Shown here piece by piece: positions 22,651-35,100 of a DNA stretch of 64,000 nt (the stretch's first letter is position 1; every line of letters begins with the position of its first letter). Source of the DNA: Rhizodiscina lignyota (lineage: Eukaryota); the NCBI GenBank assembly GCA_010015805.1, contig ML978122.1, forward strand, positions 1,832,453 through 1,896,452, read 5' to 3'. The notes beneath the pieces are model-generated. The model did no database searches and was not told the DNA's origin. It saw nothing but the letters and a program-made list of their open reading frames with translations. The position numbers and the translations under genes are program-made.

Positions 22651-24561
22651 ATGACAAAAAGAAAGCGAAAGTCGAAAGCCAAGCCTTTAAAGATCAAGGC
22701 ACGTTTACAGGACGCCGCCAAGGGCTACGATGCTATTATCGTTTGCCCACTGAACTCAACGCCGCCTTCGACGCCAAAGAGACAAGAAGCAAGTGGGCTT
22801 CTGACGCCTCCAGATTCCCGCCAGCGAGCTAGAGACAAGAACTTTCAGGCTCTTCTTGGAGATGTGGAACAGAGCACACCTCTCCAAAATGTCAGGCAGT
22901 CTAAGTCATGGACGTAAGATTAACTGCACAAGTCACCACATTATTAGATTGCTAACGCAATCTCAAGACCACGGACTCTTATTAGACATGCTCCAAGGAG
23001 GACTTGGACTGAGGATGAGCTGGGAGGTGAGTCCGGCCTAATTGATTGGGAAATTATAGCAAAGCTAAAATATCCTAGCTATCTGCTGGTTCTACGGATA
23101 CAAGAAATGGGGAAACAGCCTCGATGATCTGGCGTCCATTCTGAATCACCCCCGTATCGCAGAGCTAATCCATCGCAACGGAACCTTTATAAGCTTCCGT
23201 AAAGAATCAATACGCGCACAACTCACCGAGCTTCGCCGAGGAATAGGTAGAGGCAGAAATGGAATATGGACATATATTCAAGCTGGGCTGTATATCTCTA
23301 ACAATCCAATTATTGGGATGATTGAGATATGCGCAGCTGCCCGGGGCATACGGCTGGTGAAGCATGCGGAAGGTGTGAGGTCACCGAGGCAAATGCAGAC
23401 GCAGAGACAGCAGCAGACGCAGAGACAGCAGCAGACGCAGATGCAAACGCAGACGCAGAGGATGCCGCAGAGGCCGCCGCACAAGCAAACGCAAAAGGAA
23501 TTATGGCAGCACCTTACGCCCTCTAAGTCGTCTTCGCTTACTTCACGACCCTTTGCATCCGCAACTACCCCCACTCTATCTGGGGTCTTGGTCCCTATTT
23601 TACTTCGGTCAGACCCGACACTGGCCGTAACCCGTACTCGCTGGCCCGGCCTCCTCTTCCGTTTCCAGTCTACGGGATCGGGCTCGGTGACTCTCCCGAA
23701 CGGTCGTGTCCGGGCACGGAAGTGTCTTGAAGATCTTATGATACCGCTACCATGGGCAGAATCCAGCTCATCATTTTTGTGGGAGGCTGAAGCCCACCTC
23801 CAGCGACACAAGTACCCCACACTGTTCCTCTCGGTCACAGAGAGTTTCTTTGACGCATTCTTCCGGGCGTACAAGTGCTGGATCGCGAATCATGACCAGG
23901 TACGTAATTAACACTTATAGTAAAAGTTGGAAGCTGTCTAGCACTAATTGACTTTCAGGTTGAACCTGAAATCATCGTTATAGACGGCGAGATTCTCTGT
24001 GCTACATCCGCCATCTACTCGGCGTCGGCGGTTCTCCAAACTTTGAGAGAGAAGAAGATGGTACAAAAACACATCGTCCGAAACTACCATGGCAAGTACG
24101 AGCGACTCGTGTGGGGCGAACTCCCGTTACTCCCAGTTGTCCGAAAGGTCCTGTTTAAGGACCTCGTTCGACTTGCTGAACAAGACAACGACCTGCAACG
24201 ATTGTTTGGACAATTCGACTATGATAACCTGCGATCCGTGGAGAGTGTACGCGCACTCTTCCACATGTACCCCGTACGTCTGGATCAAGGTATTGCTCAC
24301 GCACTTGGAAAGTTGGTGAGGTTGTTTGGTCTCGTGTCGAGCTCGGAAAACCTTATCTTGCATCTTGTATTCGAGATGATCCAAGGCTTTGTCATCCACG
24401 CAGAGTTTGGGAGCGATGACAAAATACCTAAGGATCTTTTAGGCGCCTTCTTTGGAGGTGCTGAAAAGGAGAGCCTAGAGCTAAAAGCCGGATTCGCTGC
24501 AGCAATCTTGATCGCAAGGAAAGTCCTTAGACAAGAACCTCGATACAAGGCAGATTGGTAA
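22651..24561 (+). CDS. Hypothetical protein: basic N-terminus, HTH/Myb-like segment, Q/T repeat and putative ADP-ribosyltransferase-like domain
   Basis: Four exons joined by introns at about 22914-22967, 23027-23078 and 23900-23958 give one reading frame linking the 98-, 197- and 172-aa ORFs. Confidence 0.75.
23389..23495 (+). repeat. Coding minisatellite (CAGACG/CAGAGA/CAGCAG units) encoding QMQTQRQQQTQRQQQTQMQTQTQR
   Basis: Directly visible tandem hexamer repeats. Confidence 0.85.
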
Positions 24562-24911
24562 AGCTTTGGGCGAGGTGGATGGAGACCGAAGTCGTGTGCA
24601 ATGGGTGCCCCCAATAACCGCCTCACAACGTAGTTTCTGTACTATGTATTATCAAAATAAGTTCCAAATGAACTTCTTCCATTTACACAGCAAGGTCCCG
24701 ATCCCAGTCTGGACTCTGCCGATCAGGAACCTGCAGTCCAGGAAATGGCCGTGCGCAAGCTCCACCCGACTAGGTACCGTCAATGCTCCACCAATGACGT
24801 CTCTAAACTGAACACATCTCAATAACTTCGACTTCCTCCATTGCTCTGCTCTAGCTCTTCTCTATTGCATCCAGACTTAGAATCGGAAGCATACAGTTGA
24901 AATTTACCAAA

Positions 24912-25474
24912 ATGCGCTCCACACTCCTCGCACTGATCCTCGCACCACTCGCCGTCTTTGCGCTGGATAAACCGCTCAATATAGAGGTCACCGAACCCGC
25001 TGAGTGTCAAAGGAAGGTCCAGCGCGGTGATAAAATCGATGTGTAAGCACGGTAGAGCAGAAGGAAGTAATATAAAGAGCTATGCTAATTTTTCCTTGAA
25101 ATAGTCACTACCGCGGTACCCTCGAATCCGATGGCTCAGAATTCGATGCCAGTTACAACCGTGGCACACCCTTGAGCTTCCACGTACGAGAACTACCCTA
25201 AACGTGTGTTGGAAATATACTTATGGCTACAGGTTGGAAATGGGCAGGTCATTAAGGGCTGGGACGAAGGACTGCTCGAGATGTGCCCTGGTGAGAAGCG
25301 CAAGTTGACCATTCAGCCTGAATGGGGATATGGCGAGAGAGGGATGGGACCCATTCCTGCAAATAGTGTGCTAAGTGAGTATTGGTTCGGACTTGGGATT
25401 TGGTAATTGACTAATATCGTAAAGTCTTCGAGACGGAGCTTGTAAAGATCCACGGCGTCAAAGATGAGCTCTAA
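24912..25474 (+). CDS. FPR2: ER-luminal FKBP-type peptidyl-prolyl isomerase (FKBP13/Fpr2)
   Basis: Signal peptide [17 protein letters not shown], then [23 protein letters not shown] and [24 protein letters not shown]. Ends in KDEL-stop. Three introns. Confidence 0.93.
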
Positions 25475-25915
25475 GCTATTGAAGTTTTGGAAAGGGTGAC
25501 TGAAGCGGAACAGTCCGCACTACAGTCACCTTCACGAGGTCGTTGATGTCAAATAATGGATCATGGGGACCCTGTCTACGAAAGTTGGAATTTCGGATTT
25601 TCTCTCACGCATATTTTGGGCGGGTAGAATTGGCTGATCAAAAGTATGATGAACAGAGAACCTCCGATTCATCCAGTTTCGAGGGCATCATGAAATATCG
25701 TACACCTATCCTAGAGTTCCATAATTACAGATGCCAGTTGAGCCCATCCAGACTCCTGCCGCTGATGCCCGTTTTCGTTCAAGTACAGCACGTGTCGTCA
25801 TTATGCCAGAGTGCCCGTAATTACAGATCCGACTGAGCACCTCCAAACTCCTGATGCTGATGCCCACCTTCATTCGAGTACAGCACGCATTGCCGTTAGG
25901 CCGAAGTCCTGTAAG

Positions 25916-28544
25916 TTACAGATGCCAATTAAACGGATTGACGCTCCTGCCGATGATGCCATGTTCATCCAAGTGAACCACGTTCTTGTTGTCACGCATG
26001 CTCTTCAATCCCACCAGTTCTCGGTTCAAGACCCCAATATCAGTGTTCTCAGCATGTTCGTCGGGCCTCTTGGAAGCACCCTCGAGACTTGACGCTTCAC
26101 CGTTTGATGCCTTTGACATTCCGCTCTTCGATGCCATATCCCTGGTATCGGCAGAAGTTGCCGCGCCAGGAGATTGTGTGGCAGGTGTTCCTCGTGCAGA
26201 CGATGTACCTCTATCCACCGGCATTGCTCGTGCAGAAAGGCCTTCGCCATAAGGCATGTCTCGATCAGGCTGTGTCTCGTGCGCAGAAGGACTCGATGCC
26301 GTAGCTAGTCTGGCCCTTACGGGGAATGGACCGGATGTCCGTGCCGTGGGGGAAATTTTGGGAGTCACAGTGACATTTGCACTTTGGTAAGTTGACCTTG
26401 GCTCAGGGCCATTGATTCGGTTAGGCGGCGAGTTCGAAGATGCCTGCACCGGGTGGTTGGTAGAGTTTCGGAATGTAGGACGAGAGGCTTCGCGATATGG
26501 AACGGCCTGGGCGGCAGACAGGCCACCTGAATGACGACTCAGATACTCTCGTCGCTGGACCCGTTGCTCCCTTTGAGGGTCCTCGGTGATTGGGGAATCC
26601 TGGCTGAAGTTGAATCGCTTCTTGTAGGGTCTGTTTCGTTTCTTCGGCGGACTGTCGTTCTCCTCGCGTCCATGCTTTCGCCCCACCGAAGCGTCGAAAG
26701 TGCTCGGAACTATTGTCGAGTGCACTTGCTCATGTTGCTCACTCGTCTCCACATCAAGACGAGCCTGAGTCGTTCGGGTGTCTGCACGGACACGTTGATC
26801 ATGAAAGTTGCCTCGATATGGGCGATGCCTTGCCCTCCCGTTATTTGAGTTGCTGAACTCAGATGAGTGCGTTGTGTCCCGAAGAGGGGCATTGCGTTCA
26901 TCCAATGGGCGAGGAACACTCAGCTCCAAATCAGAGTCATCGCTGCTTCGAAGTCTCGCCAGGCCTGCCGCCGAGATCCTACTCCTAGAGGACGCCGGCC
27001 TACTGCTATCCGGAGGCAATGGATCTTTCGATCGGACTTGGCGGTTGACAGGCGATGAACTCGGCGATGAATGCATACTCGGAGGCAGGACCAAACTACT
27101 CTCGGGCCGAGGAGGTTCACTAGACGGAGGCCATTGCTCACTGCTAAACGTAGATCCAGCCTCATCTCCAGCCTGAGCGTCCACGTCCACTTCGACATCA
27201 CTCTCCTCACTGTCTGACATAGAATTTTCCGCAGCTGCTCGAAGTTCTTGTATGAGGATACTCGGAAGATTGTACGCTGGAAAGGCAAGTCCAGGTTTCG
27301 CTGGATACCACGAATGTAAGCGACTGAGGATATTTCGTTGTTCGATGTCGGCCAGCATATCAGACTTGATTTTTGCTGCGTTGATCCATGGCTGGTGAAG
27401 ATTGCTGGAATCCAAGCTTGCATCCACCATCTTTGACGACTCTCGGTCAGCCTGGACTTCCAAAATTGTGTCCGCAGTGTCGACTATTTCCATATCTTCT
27501 GCTCCTGCTGCAGCCTCCCGGGAAACAGATGTGAGCTTCTCTGTAGTCTCACTTGCTTCAGAGTGATTCTCCAGACTAATATATCCTCGTTCAAGTATCT
27601 TCAAGAGATTTCCCTGCTTGTCCGCGTCCGTACTGGCATATGGACGATACCCAACCATAATATGCCCTGGAGCGCGAGGGGGTGCAACTGGCGCCATCGA
27701 TGGGAAGTTCCTGGATGGGGCCGATGGTTCACGTCGAGCCAAGTCAGGGATTTGTGTAGCGAACCTTTCTTGGGTTGCGAACCAAGTATCCTGTGCAGGA
27801 AGTATTTGCGATGCCACTGAAGCAGGGCTTGGTATTTGCTCATCTTGCTGAGTCTGGGGCTTTTGCGGTGGTGAGTCGTATGTTGCGGCGCTACCAGATC
27901 CAGAGAGCTCTTTTAAGAGATTGGCGATTGCACCATACTTGTGTACAGGCTCTGGAGTGCCGATTGGATCTTGCTCAAGGCCTAGATAGTTGAACGCTTT
28001 CACAAGAAGTGAGAGGTGCTGGTTCGGATCTCCATAGGACGTCGCAACGATCTCGAACCCTTTGATAATCACAATACAGCCCTCGACCTCTCTGGTGAAC
28101 TCCCTGTTGTGCTTGTGCTTGAAATATTTGGTAACCTGAGTAGTAAACTTGGCGTATATCGAAGTTGCTCCATCTGAGATAACAGCCTGGACATGCGGGG
28201 CTGTTTTGACGAACTTGTGTAGTTAGACCAATCTACAGGCAGCAGATATTCGATGTAGGATATCTTCATTTCAAACTTACGCGGACAATCTGGGCTTTTA
28301 ACACGCGGCCAGAAACGTGAGATTTTCTGATTCGCAAGTTGCTATCGTCCCAGTCGAATTCCTCGTTCAAGCCACGACTGAGAGCTTCTTCCACGACATC
28401 ATCTCCCTGCTTCGGATATGCGGACTCTTGCTCGGGCTGCAAACTTTGCGACGAATCACTGTTCCGTTTCCAGACAAGCGCAACTCTCAAGTCATCCTCG
28501 ACTAAGGGCCTGATCCACGGAGGAAGAAGGGCCTGTGAAGTCAT
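25916..28544 (-). CDS. Shelterin TPP1/Est3/Tpz1-like protein (N-terminal OB fold, long disordered tail)
   Basis: LPPWIRPLV N-terminus, then KAQIVR|FVK..AVISDGATSIYAKF..F..KHNREFT...GCIVIIKGFEI, which resembles the Est3/TPP1 OB pattern. Intron 28280-28214 joins the 92-aa and 718-aa ORFs. Confidence 0.7.
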
Positions 28545-28740
28545 CTTCGCGAAGCACGCCCGAAGGCGGAAGCCGCAAGGTTATTTGTGGGCTTAAAAGG
28601 CGTTGATGAGCAATAGGAGAGTGTTTTCTAGAGCACCCATCCCTTGGTCGAGAGGAAGACGTTTGCGAAGGAAGAAGTTGGTGAGAAAGGCGGAGTAAAT
28701 ATATACATGTGTTCCAAAATCCCACGGCGGAGAGCATTCA

Positions 28741-28766
28741 CTACGCGACCTGCGCGTCGACGCGTC
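28741..28766. promoter_or_regulatory. Cluster of MCB-like CGCG elements in the TPP1-like/FAB1 divergent promoter
   Basis: ctACGCGAcctGCGCGTcgACGCGTc, including the palindrome CGCGTCGACGCG. Confidence 0.45.
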
Positions 28767-29153
28767 TGGCCGGGGATTTGCCGAAGATTGGTCGAGCCAC
28801 CTGCGCCTGGCAAACGTCATTGGCAGTCAAGGTTGATACTAGCAAATACATCTGCAAGATAAATTCCTGAAGCTTCTAAACGTATCTGAAGCCGGGTCTC
28901 GAAACGCAGCTCCACCTTGAACTCTGAAAACTCGTCCAAGACCTCCCATATCGACATACCCGACCACGCCCTGCCAACCTCTCCGCCTTGCTTTTCAAGA
29001 GCCCGTCATGCTCCGCCGCCTCAATCTCTGGATCACTGAAAGTGCCACGGCGCACAAAAGATAACCTATCGCTTGAGCAGCAAACTCGCTCTGAGATGAG
29101 AAGGCCAAACTCAGAATATTAGCAGAGGGCGTGGAATCGGTGTACTTGAAGCC

Positions 29154-32100
29154 ATGGCACCTAAAGCGCCTCCAGGTGGCCCAGGCCATGCACTCCCCTC
29201 TGTCCAAACAAACCGTTCATATGATAGGCGGGGCTCCTTTGGCTCGATATCATCTCGAAGACTACCAAACAGCGAGGCTTTAGCCTCCACTCTCGATCAC
29301 ATCCATACCAACGCCTCGCAATCGGAAGCGCTGACAACGTTTGCCGAATATGCTCCTCCCCCTCGATCGGCAGCTGGATCAGAAGCCAAGACACTTGCAG
29401 GAGAGCTTGTTCAAGGAGGAATCAGTGGATTATACAGCCGGCTTAAGGCGTCCGTCGGCAGCTCGAAGGAATCTGGTGTGGGCAGTCCGACCGCAACGAC
29501 GAAAAGTGTCGACAGTGGCGACGACGCATCCGTGAAGAGTCTGAAGCTCAAGCTTGGCCATAAGAGTACAACTTCTGTTGGAACCATCGAGTCATCGCCT
29601 GTAGTTGTCTCTCCACAACCATCGCAGTTGAAATCTCCAGCAAGTTCAAAATTTCCCGAGGGCCAACTAAGTACTGGCCGATTATTACCTGCATCCTCTA
29701 GCGCGTCATTGAAATCCGGAAGCTCTGTAATTGATCATGCTTCCCCCGTAAGCTCGAGGCCCCAATCAAGACCTGCATCTTCATCAGTCGACCTATCAAA
29801 TGAACCAATACCAGCACGACACGTCGGTGGGGTACAGAAAACATCCGAGAATATACCTACAATCGATACTCCAAAGACGAGCAATACTCTCGGGGAGCGA
29901 CCTGCAATCCCAAATACTTCGAGTAAAGTGAAAGATGCGGATCTGTCCATTGATACCAAAAGCGGAAGTTCGCGGCTGTCGAAGGACCAAATTGGCGAAT
30001 CTGAGACTCCTATTGGCCTACCAACCCCAAAGATTCTCCGGACTGGAGAAGCACCGTTGTCACGCGTGAGCTCCAAAGTTTCTGAATCTTCCACTTTAGC
30101 GTCTCCAGTTAGCGGCGCGCTTTCTGTAGATTCCAACACGAGAATGGGCTCCATAGATGCCGAGCTTGGTGCTGAGCTTACACGTTCGGAAACTACTGAG
30201 CGGCCGCCTCTACTTCATGTGAGCCAGTCTCATTTGCCAGGTTACAGGGCTTCGAGAGCAACATCCTCCGATGGAGATATGAGCTCAGTCACGACTGTGG
30301 CCGCATCTCGGCAGGCAACTCCTGTCACAACAGCTGAGGCGGCCAAGCTCCGCTCTGAACTTGCAAAAGCTGCAGACCAAAATGTTGGACAAATGCGCAG
30401 CAGGTTACTAGCTAAGGAATTCTGGATGAGAGACGAGAATGCAAAAGATTGCTTCTACTGTGGCGATACCTTCTCAACTTTCCGAAGAAAGCACCATTGT
30501 CGGACTTGCGGGCAAATATTCGACGCCAAATGCACATCGACAATACCAGGCAAAATATTTGGCATTGGCGGAACTGTGAGGGTCTGCATACCGTGCGAGC
30601 ACATCATTGACGGCACCGAGGACGATTCATCGATTTATTCAGAAGAAGATGACATCTACTCAATACCAGGCGATTCTCATAGTCCCGTTGATGAGCATGC
30701 CCGCGAACAGCCGGCAGATATGGGAACGCCGACAATTGGTATTCCTGTCTCACGAAAGTCAGCAGATCAAACAAAAAGACGCTCTGCTGTTCTGGAGTTT
30801 GATGGCCAGCCTACTTTGGCGCGACCAAGCTCATCCAGGTCGCTAAGGTCCTTAAGTGGTCGCCCGCATACCCCTCATAAACGCCATCACTCGCGGCATA
30901 TGTTCACAAGGGGCATGAAATCGTCAAATATTGATCGGGCACCTTTTCAAGGACAGGACTCCGAAGGCGCTGGTAAAGATTCGCTTCTCCCAGCATTCCA
31001 CCACGACAATATCATCGATCCCGATCTGGCTCCGTTCCTATCTGATGAGGGTTCAAGCGATGATGAGACTGTCAGTCTTTTCGCTACGTTGGATGGCGAC
31101 AAACCCCAGTCTCCAGCTCGAGTAGATGGAGATAAGAGCGGTTTCAACGCGTTGTTCTCCTCTTTACGGAAGGGCAAATCTAGGGGCGATAGAAGTCACA
31201 CTGGTGCAAGTCACGGTGGTCGTGATACAGATGCTGCGAGCATTTCCAGCCGACATCTCACACACCACCACTCTCGGAAACGGAATGTCAGTGTAAACAG
31301 CATCTCACACGCACGACACTCGCCTCGACGAACAAAGAGCAACAGCCTGCTCAAAGGATTTCCGATGCCGTTTGGCTCATCGCTAGCGTTGCCCCTTGAG
31401 CCAGACTCGCCCATTATACGACCTCATTCAAGTCACTCCAGGATTACAAGAAGCGCATCCATGCGTGGAGAGTCAGCGCCTCCTGTAGAACTCAATCATG
31501 CAAGTCTGCAGCATGTTCGGAAAATGTTGAAACAGATGTTGCAAGATGGTGACATACCAAGCGCCCGAAGCTGGGAAAGGGCGTTAATGCCAATTCTGCT
31601 CAAGTCCACAAACGAAGTCAATCCTGACATTAGACGAAGAGACTTCATCGACATTCGTCACTATGTCAAGCTGAAGAAAATAAGCGGAGGCAAGCCAGGG
31701 GATACTACCTATGTCTCTGGAGTGGTGTTCACAAAAAATGTAGCCCTCAAGACAATGCCACGGAGCATTTCTCATCCCCGAATTATCATCGTCACCTTTG
31801 CAATTGAATACGCTCGGCATCAGCAGCATTTTATGAGCCTTGAGCCAGTCATCGCGCAAGAGAAAGAATACCTTCGAAATCTGGTACGGCGAATCATTGC
31901 ATTTGATCCCCAGGTCTTGCTTGTCCAGAAGAACGTGTCAGGTCTAGCATTAAAACTCTTAGCCGAGGCAGGCATTGCTGTGGTCTACAATGTCAAGCGA
32001 TCGGTGCTCAATGCAGTCTCGAGGTGCACACAGACAAAGCTGATTTCGTCAGTTGACAAACTCGTTTTTGACCCTTCTCAAGTTGGCCATTGCGGCGGTT

Positions 32101-35100
32101 TTGATGTCAAGACGTATGTGTCAGATGGGATCAAAAAGACATACGTTTGGCTTTCCGGTTGTCAAGCTGATCTGGGTTGCACTATTGTCTTACGAGGCGC
32201 GGAGAAAGAGACTTTGCGGAGGCTAAAACGTATCACGGAGTTCATGTGTTACGTGGTGTACAATTTGAGACTGGAGACCTATCTCATGAGGGACGAGTTC
32301 GTTCTCATCCCGACTACGACCACGGACGGTACGATCTCTCCAAGCAAAGCGCAAATGCCTCTTGTGAGACACAATGAGGATAGTTTGCCAGCTTTGGCGG
32401 CCCATGCAGCCGTTCACATACCACCTCAAGAGACAACCGGAAGAAAGGATCCCAATTACGTGCAAGGAGTATTACTCAACAGCCCTTCGGAGTTACCATC
32501 CTCGGAAACTAGCGCTGATCCAGAAAACTCAAATACTGAGCTTGTCGCTTCACCTAATGAGCAAGGACTGACGGAGTCCGGATCTCTTCCTTCTTTCTAC
32601 GAAGACATTGTGGAAAAGCACAAGACGAAGATCTTGTCGACGTCTCCATTCGTCAAGTTTATGCCACCTTACCTGCTAATGCAGGCGCGAGAGCAAGAAA
32701 GTCGCTTAACACACCTCAAACAACTACGAGATCAGTATAAGCCTGAGCTAGGCCCAGAAAAATCGAACGCGACCAACAAATTCCAGCTTGTCCAACCAGA
32801 GATGGTTCAAGGTGTCGTTCAAAAGGCTTCGAAGCAAGTCCGAGAGTTCTTGTATGCTGTTCACGACGCAGAGTATGATAAGGCGATGCACAACTACCTG
32901 ACGCAGAAGCGACAATGGGAGTCCTACCTGGCTGGCACAATAAATCTGTTCGACCCCCTCTCACATCAAAGGATTGCCTTCCTGTACAGCATGGTCAATT
33001 CACAATCAACAACACCCTGCATTGGCCCAGAGATTATTGCTTTGGAATTCTACAACGAGCAGGAGATCGACGAGGGCTTTGCCACTGACATCACCCTTGG
33101 CCAATATGTGGAAGACCTTATTCATGGCGCTGGCACGATCTGTGGTATCAATGGCTGTGAAAGGAACCTTTTCGCTCATCATCGCCAGTATGTTCATGGA
33201 CCAGGCCAAATGGCGGTGTACGTTCAGCGACACCCCCCAAAGCTGCCCGGCATGCAGAATACAATTCTGATGTGGAGTCAATGTCGTATCTGCGGGCAAG
33301 AGACTCAGGTGTTGGCAATGTCGGACAGCACTTGGAAATACTCATTCGGAAAATATCTGGAGTTGACGTTCTGGAGTAGCGAGTTGCATCCCCGAGCTAA
33401 TGTCTGTCCTCATGACATCCACCATGATCATGTGCGGTTTTTTGGGCTTCATGGGGTCGTTGTCCGAATCCAGTACGACCCTATTCAGTTGCATGAAGTA
33501 GTAATACCTCGCTCGACAATCACTTGGAAGGTGGACAGTGACTTGAAGCTCAAGAACGAGCAGTACCAGAGGATCAAGGAACGTCTGGACAGGTTCATGC
33601 AATCTGTAAAGAGTAGGATCAAGAGTATCCATGTAGACGGAGTGCTTCCCGAGAAGATGGATCCGTGCAGAACAGAGCTTGACCGACTTACCAAGGCCGC
33701 TCAAGAGGACCACGAACAGCTCACGAAAAAGCTACAAGAGAAGTACATGAAGTCGCGCTATTATGAGATCATACCGTTTAATCGCGCGATGCGATTCATG
33801 CACGAAAAGGCTATCTGGTGGGATGACGAGTTCGCAGCTTTTGAAAAGAATTTCTTTCCATCTGAGAAAGACATTCGACGTCTTGCAGAGAAACAACTCA
33901 GGAAGCTATTCATTGAAAAGGATGAGTCGACAACAACAATCGACTCGATCGAAGAGGAGCAGAATGACCAGAGTGAGGAAATGGACATTGAGCCCAAGCA
34001 GGCTCCAGATATTGTCCACTTGCAACCGAGCCCATCGCACTTGTCGGCAGAAGACGCAGAATCCATGTTGATGACTGGACTCGAGAAGGTCAATAGCCAA
34101 GAAGGAAGACCGAACGAGACGGAGGTCGTACTTCCGCCACCAATCGAGCTAAAACATTCAAGGGCTTCGAGCGACGAGTCGAATCTGTCGCTTGAAGGAG
34201 CAACTAAGATCGCTGGAAGTCCAGAAGTTAAGCATCTAGACCTCGCGATTCCTGCCGATCACCCCTCAAACCCACCGTCGGACGTTAAAGAGTCCGCATT
34301 TGTTCCGTCTCGGCCAGCAGCAGATGCAGAAACACGCGAAACATGCGAAACAAGTGTATCACGAACACCAACACCCACACTATCAAATCTGTCTGATTCA
34401 GACTCTCTGCTTGCACCACCTCGAGATCCAAATATATCAAAGATTCCTAGACTGGTCGATAAGGCGCTGCCGACACCCCCTCCTCTTTCCAGGGCTCATT
34501 CACAGCCTAGTGAGATATTCCGCCGCCAGCTTTCATCCAACAGCATACCAGCCGTATCTACCGGCAAGACGGAAGCTTTAAAGATGAGCTTGACAGAAGC
34601 GGCCAAAGGTCTTGAGAAGCGTCTCACAGAGCGACTTAGTGGGACACTCAGGGCAGGGAGGACCGCTTCACATTCTCTTATCCCTCGCTCTGTCCCATCG
34701 AAACAGCGATTCGATACGAAAGTCTCTACATTGGCTCGGCATTTTGAGCAGCTCTCACGAGAATTGGAACGTGAGCGGCTTCGGGAGCGACGGTTGAGGA
34801 CTGAACGGACAAGACAAGCGCGAGCATATCCTCTAGCTTCATCAAGGCCTACTGTTGAAGTCTATCCCGACGCGCATCAGGCGGTCCAAGGTAGAGTCTC
34901 GCCCGAGGATGAGTCACTCCCAGAGTCGCCTGCTAGAACCAGCACTGAGACGGTTGCTGCTTCCATTGATCAGAGTATCAGCACAGACTCAACAGCTGGG
35001 CCGACTCCTACGGAATTAGAAGAAAGTCATGAGTCAGCGGAACACATCGAGCCAGAGGCTCCACAACCGGAAGAACAGACACCTACTGCATCTGATGCTG

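Noticed and set aside
23278..23874. Minus-strand ORF with a CVCLC/CVCCC metallothionein-like stretch
   Set aside because: Antisense translation of the CAG-rich Q/T repeat in the plus-strand gene.
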